From Ptychomitrium polyphyllum (taxonomy: Eukaryota): DNA of 64,000 nucleotides. The notes below the pieces were generated by a model. It was not told the DNA's origin, did not search any database, and saw nothing but the letters and a program-made list of their open reading frames with translations. The translations under genes and the position numbers were made by a program. Positions 37,591 through 51,109 of the stretch are shown piece after piece. The stretch lies in NCBI GenBank assembly GCA_973851085.1, contig OZ316776.1:186001-250000 (forward strand), in the 5' to 3' direction. The stretch's first letter is position 1. Each line of letters opens with the position of its first letter.

Positions 37591-40500
37591 TGCCCTCATT
37601 ACTACTTATAATAAATTCTTTTTTTCTAAAATGAAGATTAACTCCTTCAATTGCTGAAAATTGCTAGATGTCCGTAAAGTTGACTACTTTTTATTCTATT
37701 AGATATTTTCATATATATCTTGGCTCCACATTATGAAATTATGATGTAGTTGTACCATTAATATATATTAATTTTGTCTTGTGCTACAACTTCATGTTAA
37801 TAGTTCATCAAACATTTTAGAATACATGTTCAAAAACTTGCATCTTTAAATACAAAATTTGGAATTGATGATTGATACAAAATTATTCTCATTTGCAATC
37901 TTTTACTTACCAATGCTAAATGACTATATATCTATACTCACTCATTAAATTCTACTATAATTCATATTTGAACCAAACATAATAGATGCATACGAAATTA
38001 AAATGTGTATTGTTATATTTGACTACTTGAATACTTTGTTATTTGTTTGTTGTTTGTAATGAAATGTCTATTCTTGAAAGGAAAAAGTGTTTTTATACCA
38101 CTATCTTATATGTTATGTCTTAGGTGAAACAAATTGATACTTTATTCATATGACTTCCTTTTAAGAATAGAACCTTCCGTCTTCATACACCATCTATTAC
38201 AATAATGCTTCCAAACCTTCAACACAACCTAAACCAAAGCACAATGCCAAAGCAAACCTTCAAAGCAGCTCTCTATCAACACAAAAACTGCATGCAAGCA
38301 TTCAAAAGAATGCAAGGATGTAGTGACGGGATGGCAAAGGCAATGGCAAAGCCTAGTATGATGGCAATGGCTATTTGTTCTTGTGATGGTGTCTGGATGC
38401 AAGACCAGAAAGCAACGGCAATGACGAAGCCAACTAGGGTGGCAATGAGAATTAAGCACTTGTCCTCTCACTATTCATTGTCCATTTTAGGATTTACTCC
38501 CCTTCTTCACATTCTCCAAGCTTTCTCCAAATTCGACTTTATTGGCAGTCAATTTCATAAAATGGCTATTGATAAAGATGATACTTTAGTGCGACCCTGG
38601 ATGAGGTACCAGCATATGCACCCAAGTGAGACTGTGAAGCTGAGGGTGAGACCAAAGAATGGGCGACCCTAACTAGGCTCCAGGAATGGTACTGTGACAA
38701 AGGGCTGACCTGGAAAATTCAGCCTTCACTGTTGCAAAATATGTACATATTATCTCTTTCGAATTTTGCATTTTGATACACCAAACCTTCCTTTTCAATG
38801 GATAGTGGGTCTTATGGGTTCTGAGTTAGACAGAGTACATGTACATTAAAAAAATCAGATTGGTTTACTACAAGTCAGTCACATTTAACCTATGCTGAAT
38901 TGTGGTGGATCTCCATTTGTTGATGATTAAGAGTCACTCTAGTGACTTGAAACTTATAAATATGGAAGGGGCTTGTCACAACCATATCTTGATCTTCAGG
39001 TCCTTCTGGGCCTTGTGTAGCTTCCCCATGAAAAATTTGACTGTTCCTTCACCTCCAGTAATATTCTATGATTTTCCCATCATGGTCTAATTTGTCATGG
39101 CATTCTATGCAACTTGTAATGCACCTTCTACTGTATGCAAAGTGTTGTGAATTTTTCCTGGGTATATTAAAGATGCCACTCCCACTGAGTCAATGACCTG
39201 TTTGCTACAAAAATTAAATTCTGTATCTTATGTCAGATGAAGGCATACCATAGCTGAGGGTTGCCTTACACTTTGTCGTTGTCACCCTTGGGAGATCAGA
39301 TTTTTATTCTCTTTTATTCTTTATACTTCAGCAATACGACAGATCAAAATTTCCAAGTTTGCTCATTAAGTTTTATACGTTTGTTCCCTTGCTTATAGGA
39401 GAAGTAATTCAAAGATTAATGAAAAAACGTGTTGACCACCTACATGGTAGCAATCATTATGGGAAAATCTTATCCTATTTTTAAAAACTGGATTTGTTTT
39501 AATTTAATGGCCCAAAATTTGATTTACAGGAGTAGAATTTTCATATTAATCATTTTAATGTCTTTTCTCCTTCTTTTGTAAAATATCCTTTGCTTAAAAT
39601 ATCCCTATCTTTGGCTAATTTTTTGTTTCTTTCATCTCTTATAAAAAATGTATAAGGCAGTTCTTAATAATTAAGCCTCTAAAGAAAAGCCAATAGATTT
39701 ATATAAGCAAATTTATATCCATCATATATAAGGATTGTGCCTAATTGTAGATTTGTAGAAATTATTTTATATTTTATTTAAGGATACCAAGGTTGGCAAA
39801 CAAATGCAAGCTAAATTATAGATTTTTAGTAAAATTTGAATTAATAACAAAATTCAAAAGTTGTTATAGCAAAAGCCCAAAACTACTAATAAATTAATCC
39901 ACCAACTATCCAAATTAGAAATAGCAACCATTACATCATGCAAGCACAATCATCTATATTTCTTCAAAACCAGTATGTTTATAGCATTATTTAGCAATTG
40001 AGGTAAATCATCTTCAAAGCAACAACAAGAGTAACAATGATTCAAAACCAACTAATTATTTTTGTACTACTAAATTGTAACTCATTTTATTGAAATCATA
40101 TCCACACAAAAAAAACTAAAAAGCAATATTCTTTAAAATATATTATTTGAACACCATATGAATGAATTATGAAAATTTTACATAAAAAACCTTAGAACTT
40201 TGCCTCCTTATTCCATAGTGACTATTAGGCCTCTTGAAGGATGTTATGTACCAAGCCCTATTCCATCACATGGTTTTTTTGTGTCTTAGTTTAGATTCAC
40301 TTTTGTCTTTATTACCACTACTACATAAGTTTGTCTGTATTCAATTTTGTATCCATTGCTACCACTCATTCATCCATTTTTTATTTCATTTTACCTTCAA
40401 TGATTATTAAACATCTATTTAGTTGTCACTAATCTTTTCATCATTTGAAATTATAAAAAAAAGGTAGTAATGGATTGCTTATCCTACATTTCCATACATT

Positions 40501-42584
40501 AATCCAATTGTATATGCCATACAAGGAGTGTCATTCTTTCCCATTCTTGAAAAATGTATTTTTAAAAAAATTAGGACATATAACATCCTTCACTTATTAA
40601 AGAACCTTCAAAAATAAAACATTCTTTAGCAATGTGAAGCACCAAAAATTTACAATTGAAAGTAAAAAACGATTAATAGTGAAGTCACATGGCACTATAC
40701 ATGAAGGCAAGTATTAGAACACAAATTTTATTCAAACACATTTTCTAAAAAGAAAATATGTGTTTAGAAGATGAAATCAACTTTTTGAAAGTAAGTATTC
40801 ATTATGGTTAATAAAGAATGTTATTAAGAAGCTAGGATTAATTTTGCCAATATATTAAAAATTCACAATTCAATCAAAAATAACAATTAGTGCATAAAAT
40901 CTCAAAATTGGTTCTTATCATTCTTTAGCAAAACCACTAGTCACCTTAAAATAACACAAGTCACCTTAGAATAAAGAGGTTGAGACCAAGATTTCCAATT
41001 TTAAAAACTCGTAACTTAACAATAAATCCAAATTTTGAAGTGTGTTAAGATTTATTTTCTTTTGTAGACATGATTCAATAGAAGACAGGATAAATTACTA
41101 ATAGCACTAATTGCAACCATGCTCTCTGTTCTCGAGTCATGATACATAATATTCTTTTGCAATGAAAAATTTCATGCTTTGATAACATGCTATGATTAAT
41201 AGCAAATGTAGCTCCATATATTAAATAAGCACAGATGAAAGAGAGTTCAAAGAGACTCCGCCTCTTTATTTCCAAGTGACAAGTTGCCTTAGTGTAAAAA
41301 TATTATGTTAACAAAAGGTTCACGAAAGTGGCTACTTTTCTTATTATGAAGTGGAATGTCACCATCAGTCTCAAGCTACTACCCATAGTTAGCCCAAAGC
41401 TCCGAAAGGTTACTATCTTGTGGGAAAATCAGAAAATCTGTTCAGCAAGGTTCCTTTCTTTGACTGTCAAGTTTTTTTAAGCAGAATTTTTTCGGCTTGT
41501 TTTCAAATAATAATAATTTACTTGAAGGTTGGTCATCAACAGGTCTGTCATTCTTAACCTTAAACATCCACAAGTTGGCAGAATACACTGTCAGGATGAT
41601 CTTAAGAGGTTATCAGTGGTCAAGATGACACATGGCTTCTCCCAGGCGATCATTAAAAATATAGCAAAATCCTTTACCATGTCATCGAAAGTTCAAGTAG
41701 TGGATTTCTGCAAAAGCTTCATCTTCGAAGCCATTGAAAGCCTTCAAGTGCACAGTTGACTGATAGATCCCTTAAGAAGCGTTCTCTATTGGCCTTCAAA
41801 GTCTACTCGAGCAATATGCAGCATGAAACATAACTTTGCACCTTCTCATGCTTCTGACTCAACTTTCAAACGTCAGAAAAGGTTAAATATAAGTGGCTCC
41901 CATACATGACAGCCTTTGCAAATGGAATCTGTGAGGCCTTGATAAATTTGTCTGTAGTGAGAATCTAGGTGCTGCCCTTACCCGCAAGCAAAGAGCTGGT
42001 CCAAAGCCCAGGTCTCCGATGGTGAAGTGTCTCGACTTCAATGTTAAAAAGAACTTAAAATCCTGAGTCTTCAAAAGCAGTGCAGTACAACGGAAGCCAA
42101 ATTCTTGCAACGGGCGTATTAAAGTGTATGGTTGTACCGGCATGCACTTTAAAGGAGCCACCCCTTGCAGCACAAGGGGCTCAAAGCCTGAAGGACAATA
42201 TTGACTCGGTTTTATGTCTGTTTGCTGCAGCCAAGTAAACGCTGACACGTGCCCATTTCTAGTAGCAAGGTAAAGGCAAGGATGGATACCTGTAGTGTAA
42301 GAGCTCTTATTTAGTTTCATGCTGGATCGTATAGTCCATCTGGTGTACCTGGAACAGAACCGCTAACCCTGGAGAGAGCAGAACTGAAGAAAACAAATAA
42401 TTGTCAGAGATGTTCAGAGGGAAAGCTTGGAGTGAATGCTCAACTCATAACGTGCTAGGAGTTATTTTCAGCGACGCGAGCTCTGAAGAGAATGCACTGC
42501 TACCGAAACAAGGAATTGACGTTGTAAAATCAGTGAATCTTTATATACAACCTACCCAAAGAACAGTCCTGCCTTAATAATACT

Positions 42585-44222
42585 CTACCATCTGATCAGG
42601 GATCCAAACAAGAAATGCTGCATGATTGGCACTTTCTCGAGAACCTCAGCCTTGTACATCTTGAGCATGCCGCTATTCACCTTATTCCAAGTTGCCACTG
42701 CACTAATATCGTTTAACATTGGAGAGTGCTCTGCCAATACACCCTTCTTCACCTTTTCCACAAACTGCACACATCCAAGATACAGATACTCATGTGAGAA
42801 GTTCTCAAGAATATCAGCGTTATGTATAGATTTGGGTTTCATATACTTGTGGTGCACAAGCTGCGCTGAGCCAAAAATAAACGGGAGAAAATGGTAGTCA
42901 TCCAAGCCCCACACTCCGTGTGATCCTACAAAACAACATTCCAAATTGTCAGCGTGCTCACAAGACAGTGCTTGCCTTCCTTAAATGTAGCACACTAGGT
43001 TAAGAAGAAAAAGTAGGTACTTAGTTTCTTCAAGATAACAACCGGACTAGGGTATTACAAATTAAACATAAAACACAAAATTATTCCAATGAGAAGCAAA
43101 GCCAGTATCTGAAAATCTTATCATCATGAGTAAGACCAAATAATACAACTCCGAAAACATTCAGCTATTTTATCTCTGGACTCAACGAGTGGTATTGAAA
43201 TGCATACGATAGCATCCTATTGCAATTTAAACATGTTACTAGGACATGACGTGATGTTGCTACACAGTAAAACTTCACAATATCAGTGCTCGCAAATGGC
43301 GTGCGGTACAGCAAACCCTGCCAAACTCAGATCGGAATATTATCAATCGAGAGATGATATACTAACCTGCAGGTTCAAGCCAATAAGTAGTTTGCAGCTT
43401 GCGCATGAGGTCCAGATACTTGACGAACACACGAGCTACAAGGGCCTGATAAACGTCCTCATTCAGCAACCCTAATCTTGCCAGACAGAGCAACCACGCA
43501 GCAAAATTGGCCTCATGGCCAGTTCCGTAATCAATTCGCGTTGCGTTTCCAAAACTGTCAGCAAAGTAAGGAAAAAGCTCCTGTACGCCCTCCTTCAAAC
43601 TCTCAGGAAGAATTCGAAGCATTAACCCAGGACCTCGCTCCTCAAGCCATGTCTGCCACTCTCGGAAAGCGGGGTTCCCGTACCTAGCGGGCTGCTGCTT
43701 TGGGGGCAACTGCTCGATCCATGAGCTCATCTCCTCAAGTACGCCACACAAAGTCTTGATCATGGGAGACTCACGACAGTAGTCCGACAACTTCTTCCCC
43801 AACATTGAATCGTTCAGTCCCACGATAAACCCTAAAAATGTCTTCCCTGCTTCCGAGTTATGAAAGTGCTCAATGTCACCCAAATTGGTGATTCGTTTGC
43901 TAGGAACTTGAAAGGCGATCGGCGGCTGCACCACAGGTACAGGCCGTGCTTGCGGCACAGGTGACATGACAGCTAAAGCCATATGCGGGCTGTGACCCAC
44001 GTTTAAGTCATGATCTGGATACGATACAGCGGGTATTGCCACCGAAGCTGGCATTCGCAAGTGATTTATCTGAGACGGGACCCATCGAAGGCCAGAAGCC
44101 ATCTCTGCACCACTACTACGCTGCTCGGAATCAGTCCAAGTGCGATCCTGCGAAACCGGTTCCGAATTGTGATCCGAGCAGGATCGCTGAATCGGCCTGG
44201 TGGCAGACGCTAATTCAGTCAT
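42585..44222 (-). CDS. PTPA: PP2A phosphotyrosyl phosphatase activator (PTPA/RRD); exons 44222-43367 and 42925-42585, with a possible extra terminal exon near 42383-42318
   Basis: [82 protein letters not shown]. Start ATG and exact 3' end are uncertain. Confidence 0.93.
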
Positions 44223-44303
44223 GCAGTGAAAGATCTCACCACAAAACCTAATGTTGAACACAGGCAGGGAGGGGAGAGGGGGGATGGGGGGGCAAGCAAA
44301 GCA

Positions 44304-44390
44304 AAACCCTAATGGTACAGATGATGAAACCGATGATGAGACAGAAACAGAGTCGCCTCCGCTTGTGGGGACCCACGTGGATCCACGTGG
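44304..44390. promoter_or_regulatory. Telo-box and double G-box palindrome upstream of PTPA
   Basis: AAACCCTAA at 44304-44312 and perfect 18-bp palindrome CCACGTGGATCCACGTGG at 44373-44390. Confidence 0.55.
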
Positions 44391-47084
44391 ACGACAGCTC
44401 AGCCTGCTTCTGCTTCTGCCCATGGCCAGCGGCCCCCCTCCCTCCCTTTTATCACTAAAGCTTTAATTTACATGATATCAAGATATAAACTTAGTGATCT
44501 TAGCAATCTCGTGTTACTTCTGCGAATACTTTGGTTTTGATGATTATCCTCAGCACCATAAATTTTATTTTAAGAAGAAATATATAATAGTATCCAAAAC
44601 ATTCAATTTAATACAATGGTCTCCAGTACTGTATGAGCATGAAAATTCTAAATTGAAAATTATCATCCAAGATTTAATTTTTTTATGTTATTCAAGTATT
44701 TATATTTTTATATTTTAAATGTAAAGAAAATTTCATTTTGGTATTTAACTTTCTTGAAATTGTTTTTGAAATTTTTGTAATTTTTTTTGCTATTACATTG
44801 CCATCACCTTAAAAGACCTTCATGTCACAGATGCAAGGCAGTATACTAAGCAGTAGACTAGGCAGTAACACGAGATTGCTATACATACATAAGTTAAGAA
44901 TTATTTTAGAAATATGGACGATTCCATTCCTAGAAATAAGAAATATTGAAGATTATTCCACAATCTGTATCCTCAAGAATGAGGTGCACCTCATTTTGTC
45001 TCATATTTATGCTATCATATCATACTATAAGGTAAATATGTTTGAAGTAAAAGTTGTTTTATGATATTATAAAATAAAAGTATTTTTTTTAATTATCATG
45101 AGGTAAAAGTTACAAAACACCTTCAATAGAAGGTTCTTGAATCTTCAAAAAATTCTTGAATTTTTGGATGTTTGAAAAGTGCTTGGATTTGAGAAATATT
45201 CTTAGATTTATGTTTGACATTTGTATGTCTATGATACTAGAACATATAATCAATAAAAGTTTTATTTCAACACCATTTTATTTAAAGCCACCAATATTAA
45301 GTTTATTAAAGATTAATCTTACTTTAATTAAGTTACTTTTGAAAAGAACAAAGTTTGATTTTAAAGGCATAGTACCAACAATTTAACTACTATCTTGACC
45401 AATGGTAATTATTTTATAATTTTTATTTTTCGAATTTTTATTTATATTAATAGTTTTTAATGGATATCTAAAATATTGCTAATTTTACTTATATTAACAT
45501 AAATTTATCAAATTTTTAACATAATCTAAATACATAAAATAGTTTATAAGTATAAATATTTTGATAATTTTTGTAAATGAATAAAAAACATAATATTATT
45601 ATATCTTAAATTTAAAATGAAACAAATTGTGCTTTCAAATGTGGTGTGCAAATATAAACCTTTAACTACCTATGGCTTTCCAACACAAAAATCAGAACAT
45701 TGATTTTCTTCAAAAATTAAAATAAAAGTTATGAGTTACTAAAAATTTATACAAAATAATTATATAATCTTATAATAAACTTGACTTTTGCAACAAATTT
45801 CTTTTATTAAAATTCAAAGGTGTAATGGTGAAATTATAATATTTGATGAACATAAATGTTGCATAAATATATTGATTAGATCTAGAAATTAGAATTTGTA
45901 ATACCATATCTCAGAGCAAAGCATATAAATTAATTTAAATTTTTTTGTGATGAATGCCATATGAGTCTATAATATATTAAATAAGTTTTAGATTAAAAAA
46001 AAGCAATTGGCAAGGCAACATGGTTCAACAATGGATAAGGAAATACACTCTTCAAAATAAATCTTATATTTTTTCTTTTGCTCAATTGGATATATGTATT
46101 CTAAAAAGTGGCCTTGCGGAAATTCTTTTTGGTCACCATGAAGATTTTGACCTTATTTTTTTGAACATTTTAAGAATAGTCTTAGATCTTTATGCAAACT
46201 CCAATACGTTGTATGTCAAAAGATTTAAGTCCTTATCTTCAGAACAGCTTCAAGGAACCTTCAAGATTGGTTCTTAAGGCAATATGATATGGAATTGGCC
46301 AATTTGGGCCGAATAGGCAATTACAGGTTCATAAAGCCGATTGGGAATGCAGCGGTTTCTCTGACCACGTTGAATCTTCTTCACAACTCGGACGAGAGCT
46401 ATCGCGTGTGACGAGCCAGTCGGAAAATTTGCCACCGCAGATCAGTGATCGGTGACCGGTGGCCGTGCATGCATGGCCACGCAGCAACATCGTCACCGGA
46501 CTATGCATCGACGATCATGCTGCCTCGCTGCTCCCTAAGTCACGCGCTAAGCTAGCTCGGCAGTCAGTTCTGGGGCCATCCAACCGACATTTGCAACCAT
46601 CAAGGAGTTGCGTGTGCTCCAAAAAATATTCACTCCAATCATCATTTTCGGGCTTGCTCGGTATTCGCTACGAAACACAAATTCGTTACTAAGATCGGAC
46701 CAGCTTCATCGTCTACGATCGATGTCTGTACTCTCTCAATATCTGTATCCTGTTTCGCCTTCGTGGCAATCCGACAACCAATTGTACAGAATCAATCTAG
46801 TCCGTAATGATTTGGACATTAGTTGTAAGCTTTTATTTTTTAGAATTTGGTACGAGGTGCAAGAATCCTGGCAGCAGTGACAGTTGGCTTCTGTTTGAAA
46901 CTTATTGTGCTTCGAGGTCCGTCCGCTGCACAAGTGAGGCCACTGCAGTTGGAGCCTCGTGACAATTTACGAATGGTCAACAATAACTTAGTCCAGGTCT
47001 GCTCTGTTTTCCCTCGCGAAGTAGATTACTCTGCGAGCCAGGCACCATGAGAGAGCGCATTGCAGAATCCTCGCAGCACCCGTT

Positions 47085-48919
47085 ATGGTGACCGTGGCGC
47101 TCCCACAGCCGCCCATAGGTCCCGACACGTCCAAGAGCCACGATAACCCCAGCCTCGGCATAGAGCATGCGCTTCGAACGGATGGTGGGAAGGAGCAGCA
47201 GCATTTGGAACAGAGGAAGAGCAGCGAAATGTTTGTGTGGAAGGAGCACTGACACCCTGTTTCCCTTATCGAAGACCTCGACCCCTCCGTGTCCACTCTG
47301 TTCCAGCTGCTCGGCCGAAAGCTCGTCATCTGGAGATCCACAGAGCGAGTGGTGTGACTTCCTTGACAAACGCTCCCATTGCCTCGCGCCTCTAGCGGTA
47401 AGCTTCCCGATTTCATTGCTCCTCCTAATTTGACCTAATTTGTTGTGAGATTTGTTGGCTGATGAATTTGAGGGTGTGATCGATGAGCAGGAAGGGAGAT
47501 TGGACGAATGTGGAATGTTGCAGTGCTTTACCACGGATGAGCGTTTAAGGGCGACGGCAGCTGCGGTGCGATTCCACAGGTAGCGACAAACCTGGTCGGG
47601 AGTGAAGCCAAATTCTTTCCTCGGGCGTGTCGGTGTCGTACCCGGCGCAGGTTTCGCAGGGGGTTGCTGTTCGTGTGGCCGGATGAGAAATGTTGGGAGA
47701 ATGTTTTCCGAACTTTACCTCCTATGTAAGTTCACAATTCCCGCAACCCTATTTTAACATTCAGCTGCAGGAAAGCAAAATCTCTTTTAAGTTACAGCAC
47801 ATTCTTTGTCTTAATTGTGCAATCGAATTGATGGCTTGCCAGGTTGCCTCCTGAGTTTGGTGATCCAAACTACTTAACTGTAACGACCCAGCGGGATTTG
47901 TACTACGGATGATACCTTGATGGAGAATGTTTCCGATTCGTTTCACATTGATTTCACCCATCACAAGGTGACTATGAGGCGAGATAGAGCGAAGCCGTTG
48001 CCGTTCAAGGTGCATGAGAGTGGGCCATGGGGGTTCACAGGAGTCAATAACGACAGTCCCACGATCGGCACTGAATGCTACCTGCCTTGCTACTACTACA
48101 ACAAGTATGCGCTCTCACCTCCGTCCTCGCTAATTTTCAGAGAGATTTACATCTCAGTTCATGTCAGTTTTGCTACCAAGTTTGATATTGGCCATAATAT
48201 ACAATACCTTGACTGAAGAGGATGATCAATATGTTTGTTGGTGCAGGATTGAGCTACCAGTGAAGCTACTCATTCTTGGAGACCAGAAGTCTGCTCCTTC
48301 AACATCCCCATGGCGCTCGGCAAGACGCGCTCCATAGTCTGCAGTGCTCGCAACTTCTTCCAGTTTCTGATGCCCGGGGACAAGTGGGGGCAGCTCATGC
48401 CCAGTTGGTTTGAGCATTGTACCTCCAACAAGGTGTACGACGGGGATATGATCGTGTTGCAAGGCCAAGAGAAGGTGTTCCTGAGCTATGATGGCGATGC
48501 CAACGCACAATACGGCAAGTTGACGTTCACCCCGATGCAGGCAGATCGGTTCGTGCGGGCGTTTCGAAGCTGGTTACGGAAGCATGGGAAGGGTGGGCCT
48601 GAATGGTTCCCTGAAGCACGAACCGGGCAGCCGCTTCCGTCTAATGTGTTGTCGAAGCAGCAGATATTGGAGCTCTACGAGCAGCACTCGCTGAAGTGCT
48701 CCTCGTGCCGACAAGCACTAGAAGAATTCCAGCTATGGCAGAAGATATTGTGGGGCAGCACCATCGTCTTGGCTGTCGCGGCTGGTGTGCCCCCTGATGT
48801 TGCCATTCGTGCGCTTCTGGCCTCTGGATCGGTGCTCAGTGCAGCTGCAGCATATGCACTCAAGGAAGGGCGACAAGAATATTATCTTCAAGAATTATGT
48901 TTACTCGAAGATTGACTAG
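47085..48919 (+). pseudogene. PAO: Pheophorbide a oxygenase (PAO/ACD1/LLS1) pseudogene with introns retained
   Basis: FVWKEH*HPVSLIEDLDP..FQLLGR, Rieske region DKRSHCLAPL (first Cys is Arg) and QC-YHG*, GLLFVWPDE, MENVSDSFHIDFTHH, GKTRSIVCSARNFFQF, NKVYDGDMIVLQGQEK, CSSC. TGA replaces Trp at 47250 and 47538, and there are several frameshifts. The 5' limit is uncertain. Confidence 0.9.
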
Positions 48920-49901
48920 GACATTGGGTAGGATTATACATCGTATCATGGTTAGACATATGTTCTCATCAGTTGTGGTATTTGTAACTAATTTTCTGCA
49001 CATATCAAAAAGATTATCATCTGTATCATATCACGAACAGTACATAACTGTAAACTAAAAATGTAGATTTAAAGTCGTGAATTTGCGGATTTCAAAGCAA
49101 TGCCATTTTGGACTTGCCTCTACTGGTCACTCTATTCTGTGTCTCTTCATTCCGTTGCTTGTGTTATTTGTGAACATTCCGCACAGTCCCAGGGAAGCGA
49201 TCGGTCAGGGCATCAATTCGTGTTGAACCCGACCAATTGATGTTACAATTAAATTGAAAACGAATGACACGCTAGATGTCGTTCTAATGCAAGGTATCCT
49301 GAAGTTTTTCTGTGATATAGTAATGGGATTTCACGCAGAAAACGTTGAGCGAATCTGAGCATGCCAGCAAGTTATGGAATGCTCAATGCTACTCGGAATC
49401 CCAAATCTTGAGCATTCAAATGCGGAATATCCATTTGCCAGTAACAGGGTTTGGCCGAAGAGGCCAAAATGGGTAGGAAGGTGAAGTTTAGGCTAAGCGA
49501 GCAACCAGGAAGCGGCAGTCATGGCGGATGAAGCTCTTGGGAGAGATGAAATTTTCGGTGAAGCGTCCTGTGCATTTGAAATGTGCACATTCTATCCATA
49601 CGGAAGTTGCAGAGTGGCACCACGGGTTTGGTAACTGTTGCCCTTTGACCCATTGCTTCGGATACTATCTTCAGAAGGTGGATGTGTCAGAGATTCGCAC
49701 ATGTTAGCCCAAAATATCGTTGGACATAATGTTTTCGTAACTTGGATTTCGGCCGAGGCAATGTAAACCCAGTGCTCACCGTCTCCAGTTTGCTCTGTCT
49801 CGAAGTAAGGTTCAATCTTGGATATCCAAACATTTGCGGAGGCTGTTGTTCTGCGTAGTTTGTCGGATTTGAGTTCGTAAAGCAGGGGTTCCAAGTTCAA
49901 G

Positions 49902-51109
49902 ATGACAATGAACGTGGACGAGGAGATTGAGCGCCTCAAGGCCGAGATCGCTCGTCTTGGCACGAAGAATGACGATGGATCCATTACGGTCAGTACCCAC
50001 TTTTTATCTTCCAATCCTTTGTGTGCGGCTTTCCGTTTGATGCTTTGCGTTGTTAGTGGTTGGAGTTTATGGTCGGTGGTTTTAAGAGGCTAGGTTATTA
50101 TTTCTTGGTTATGTGTACAGTGAAAACCTGGTTGCGCGACGTGACTGCGACATGTGATCAAGTGTCTGTTTTGTGACATATAGCGGCTCTTTGCGACGAA
50201 GTGGTCTTGATGCAGCGTATTTGAGTTAGGGTTAGGTATTTCTTTATTTTTGCGTCATTGGGTTTCACTTCGTATTGGTATCTTGAGAAAGTAGTGTCTG
50301 TGGCGAAGTATGACTGGTCCAAGAAGCACATTAAGTTTCTCTGGCTAATCTGTAATGTGGCGGTTGAGTGCTCTTTCATTTTTGAAGTCGCTTTGTGCGA
50401 TGCTAACTAAGCAAGATATGAGATACATGAGTTTTGGCCGTGGCAGTGTTTTTGAATTCCTGTTTCTTGCGGAGATTTGAATGTCTTTAAGCTTATGACT
50501 GTGATTGTATTAACATTAAGCTGGCTGTTTGATTCTCAAATGTAACATCATCGGGTGTTTCAGGGAATGAAGGTTCTGTTCACTGATATTCTGAGAATCT
50601 GAGCTGCTGACGTCTGTGGAACCTTCCAAGTCGTCCCAGTTCCTTCTAATGCACCTGATTGGCTTAGATCATTTGTAGGATGCATTTCTGTTCTAAGTTT
50701 TGATATCGTAGAAAAATGTGGTTCTTGAATGTTTTCCTCTTGTTGATATCAAACCCTATTTATGTCTTACATCAGTATATCTTTTCATCTGATTCAGACT
50801 GTATTTTTGCACGTGCAGGTGAAGTTTGGAACTTTGTTCAATGATGACAGGTGTGCTAACATCTTCGAGGCTCTTGTTGGGACGTTGCGGGCTGGTAAAA
50901 AGAGGAAGATTTTAACATTCGACGCAGAGATGCTGTTTCAAGGGGTGCATGACAATGTAGATATTGTCCTTATGAAACCCAAAGCTGCTAACATGGATGT
51001 TGTCCATTTGAAGCCGAAGGAAGACGATGCAGACGATATTGCGCAGCCAAAAGATGTCATTGCGAATATTACCCTTGCGGAGCCAGAGGATTCTAATGTA
51101 CAGTCATAG
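49902..51109 (+). CDS. Costars family (ABRACL-like) protein with C-terminal extension; exons 49902-49988, 50819-51109
   Basis: MNVDEEIERLKAEIARLG..DGSIT|VKFGTLFNDDRCANIFEALVGTLRAGKKRKILTFDAEMLFQGVHDNVDIVL is the Costars signature. Confidence 0.92.

Noticed and set aside
38205..38672. 155-aa Met/Ala-rich ORF
   Set aside because: Built from low-complexity ATGGCA-type repeats in a TE-like interval, with no domain recognised.
47250..47540. In-frame TGA at Trp positions as recoding or RNA editing
   Set aside because: Accompanied by frameshifts and loss of a Rieske Cys, so pseudogenisation is the simpler explanation.
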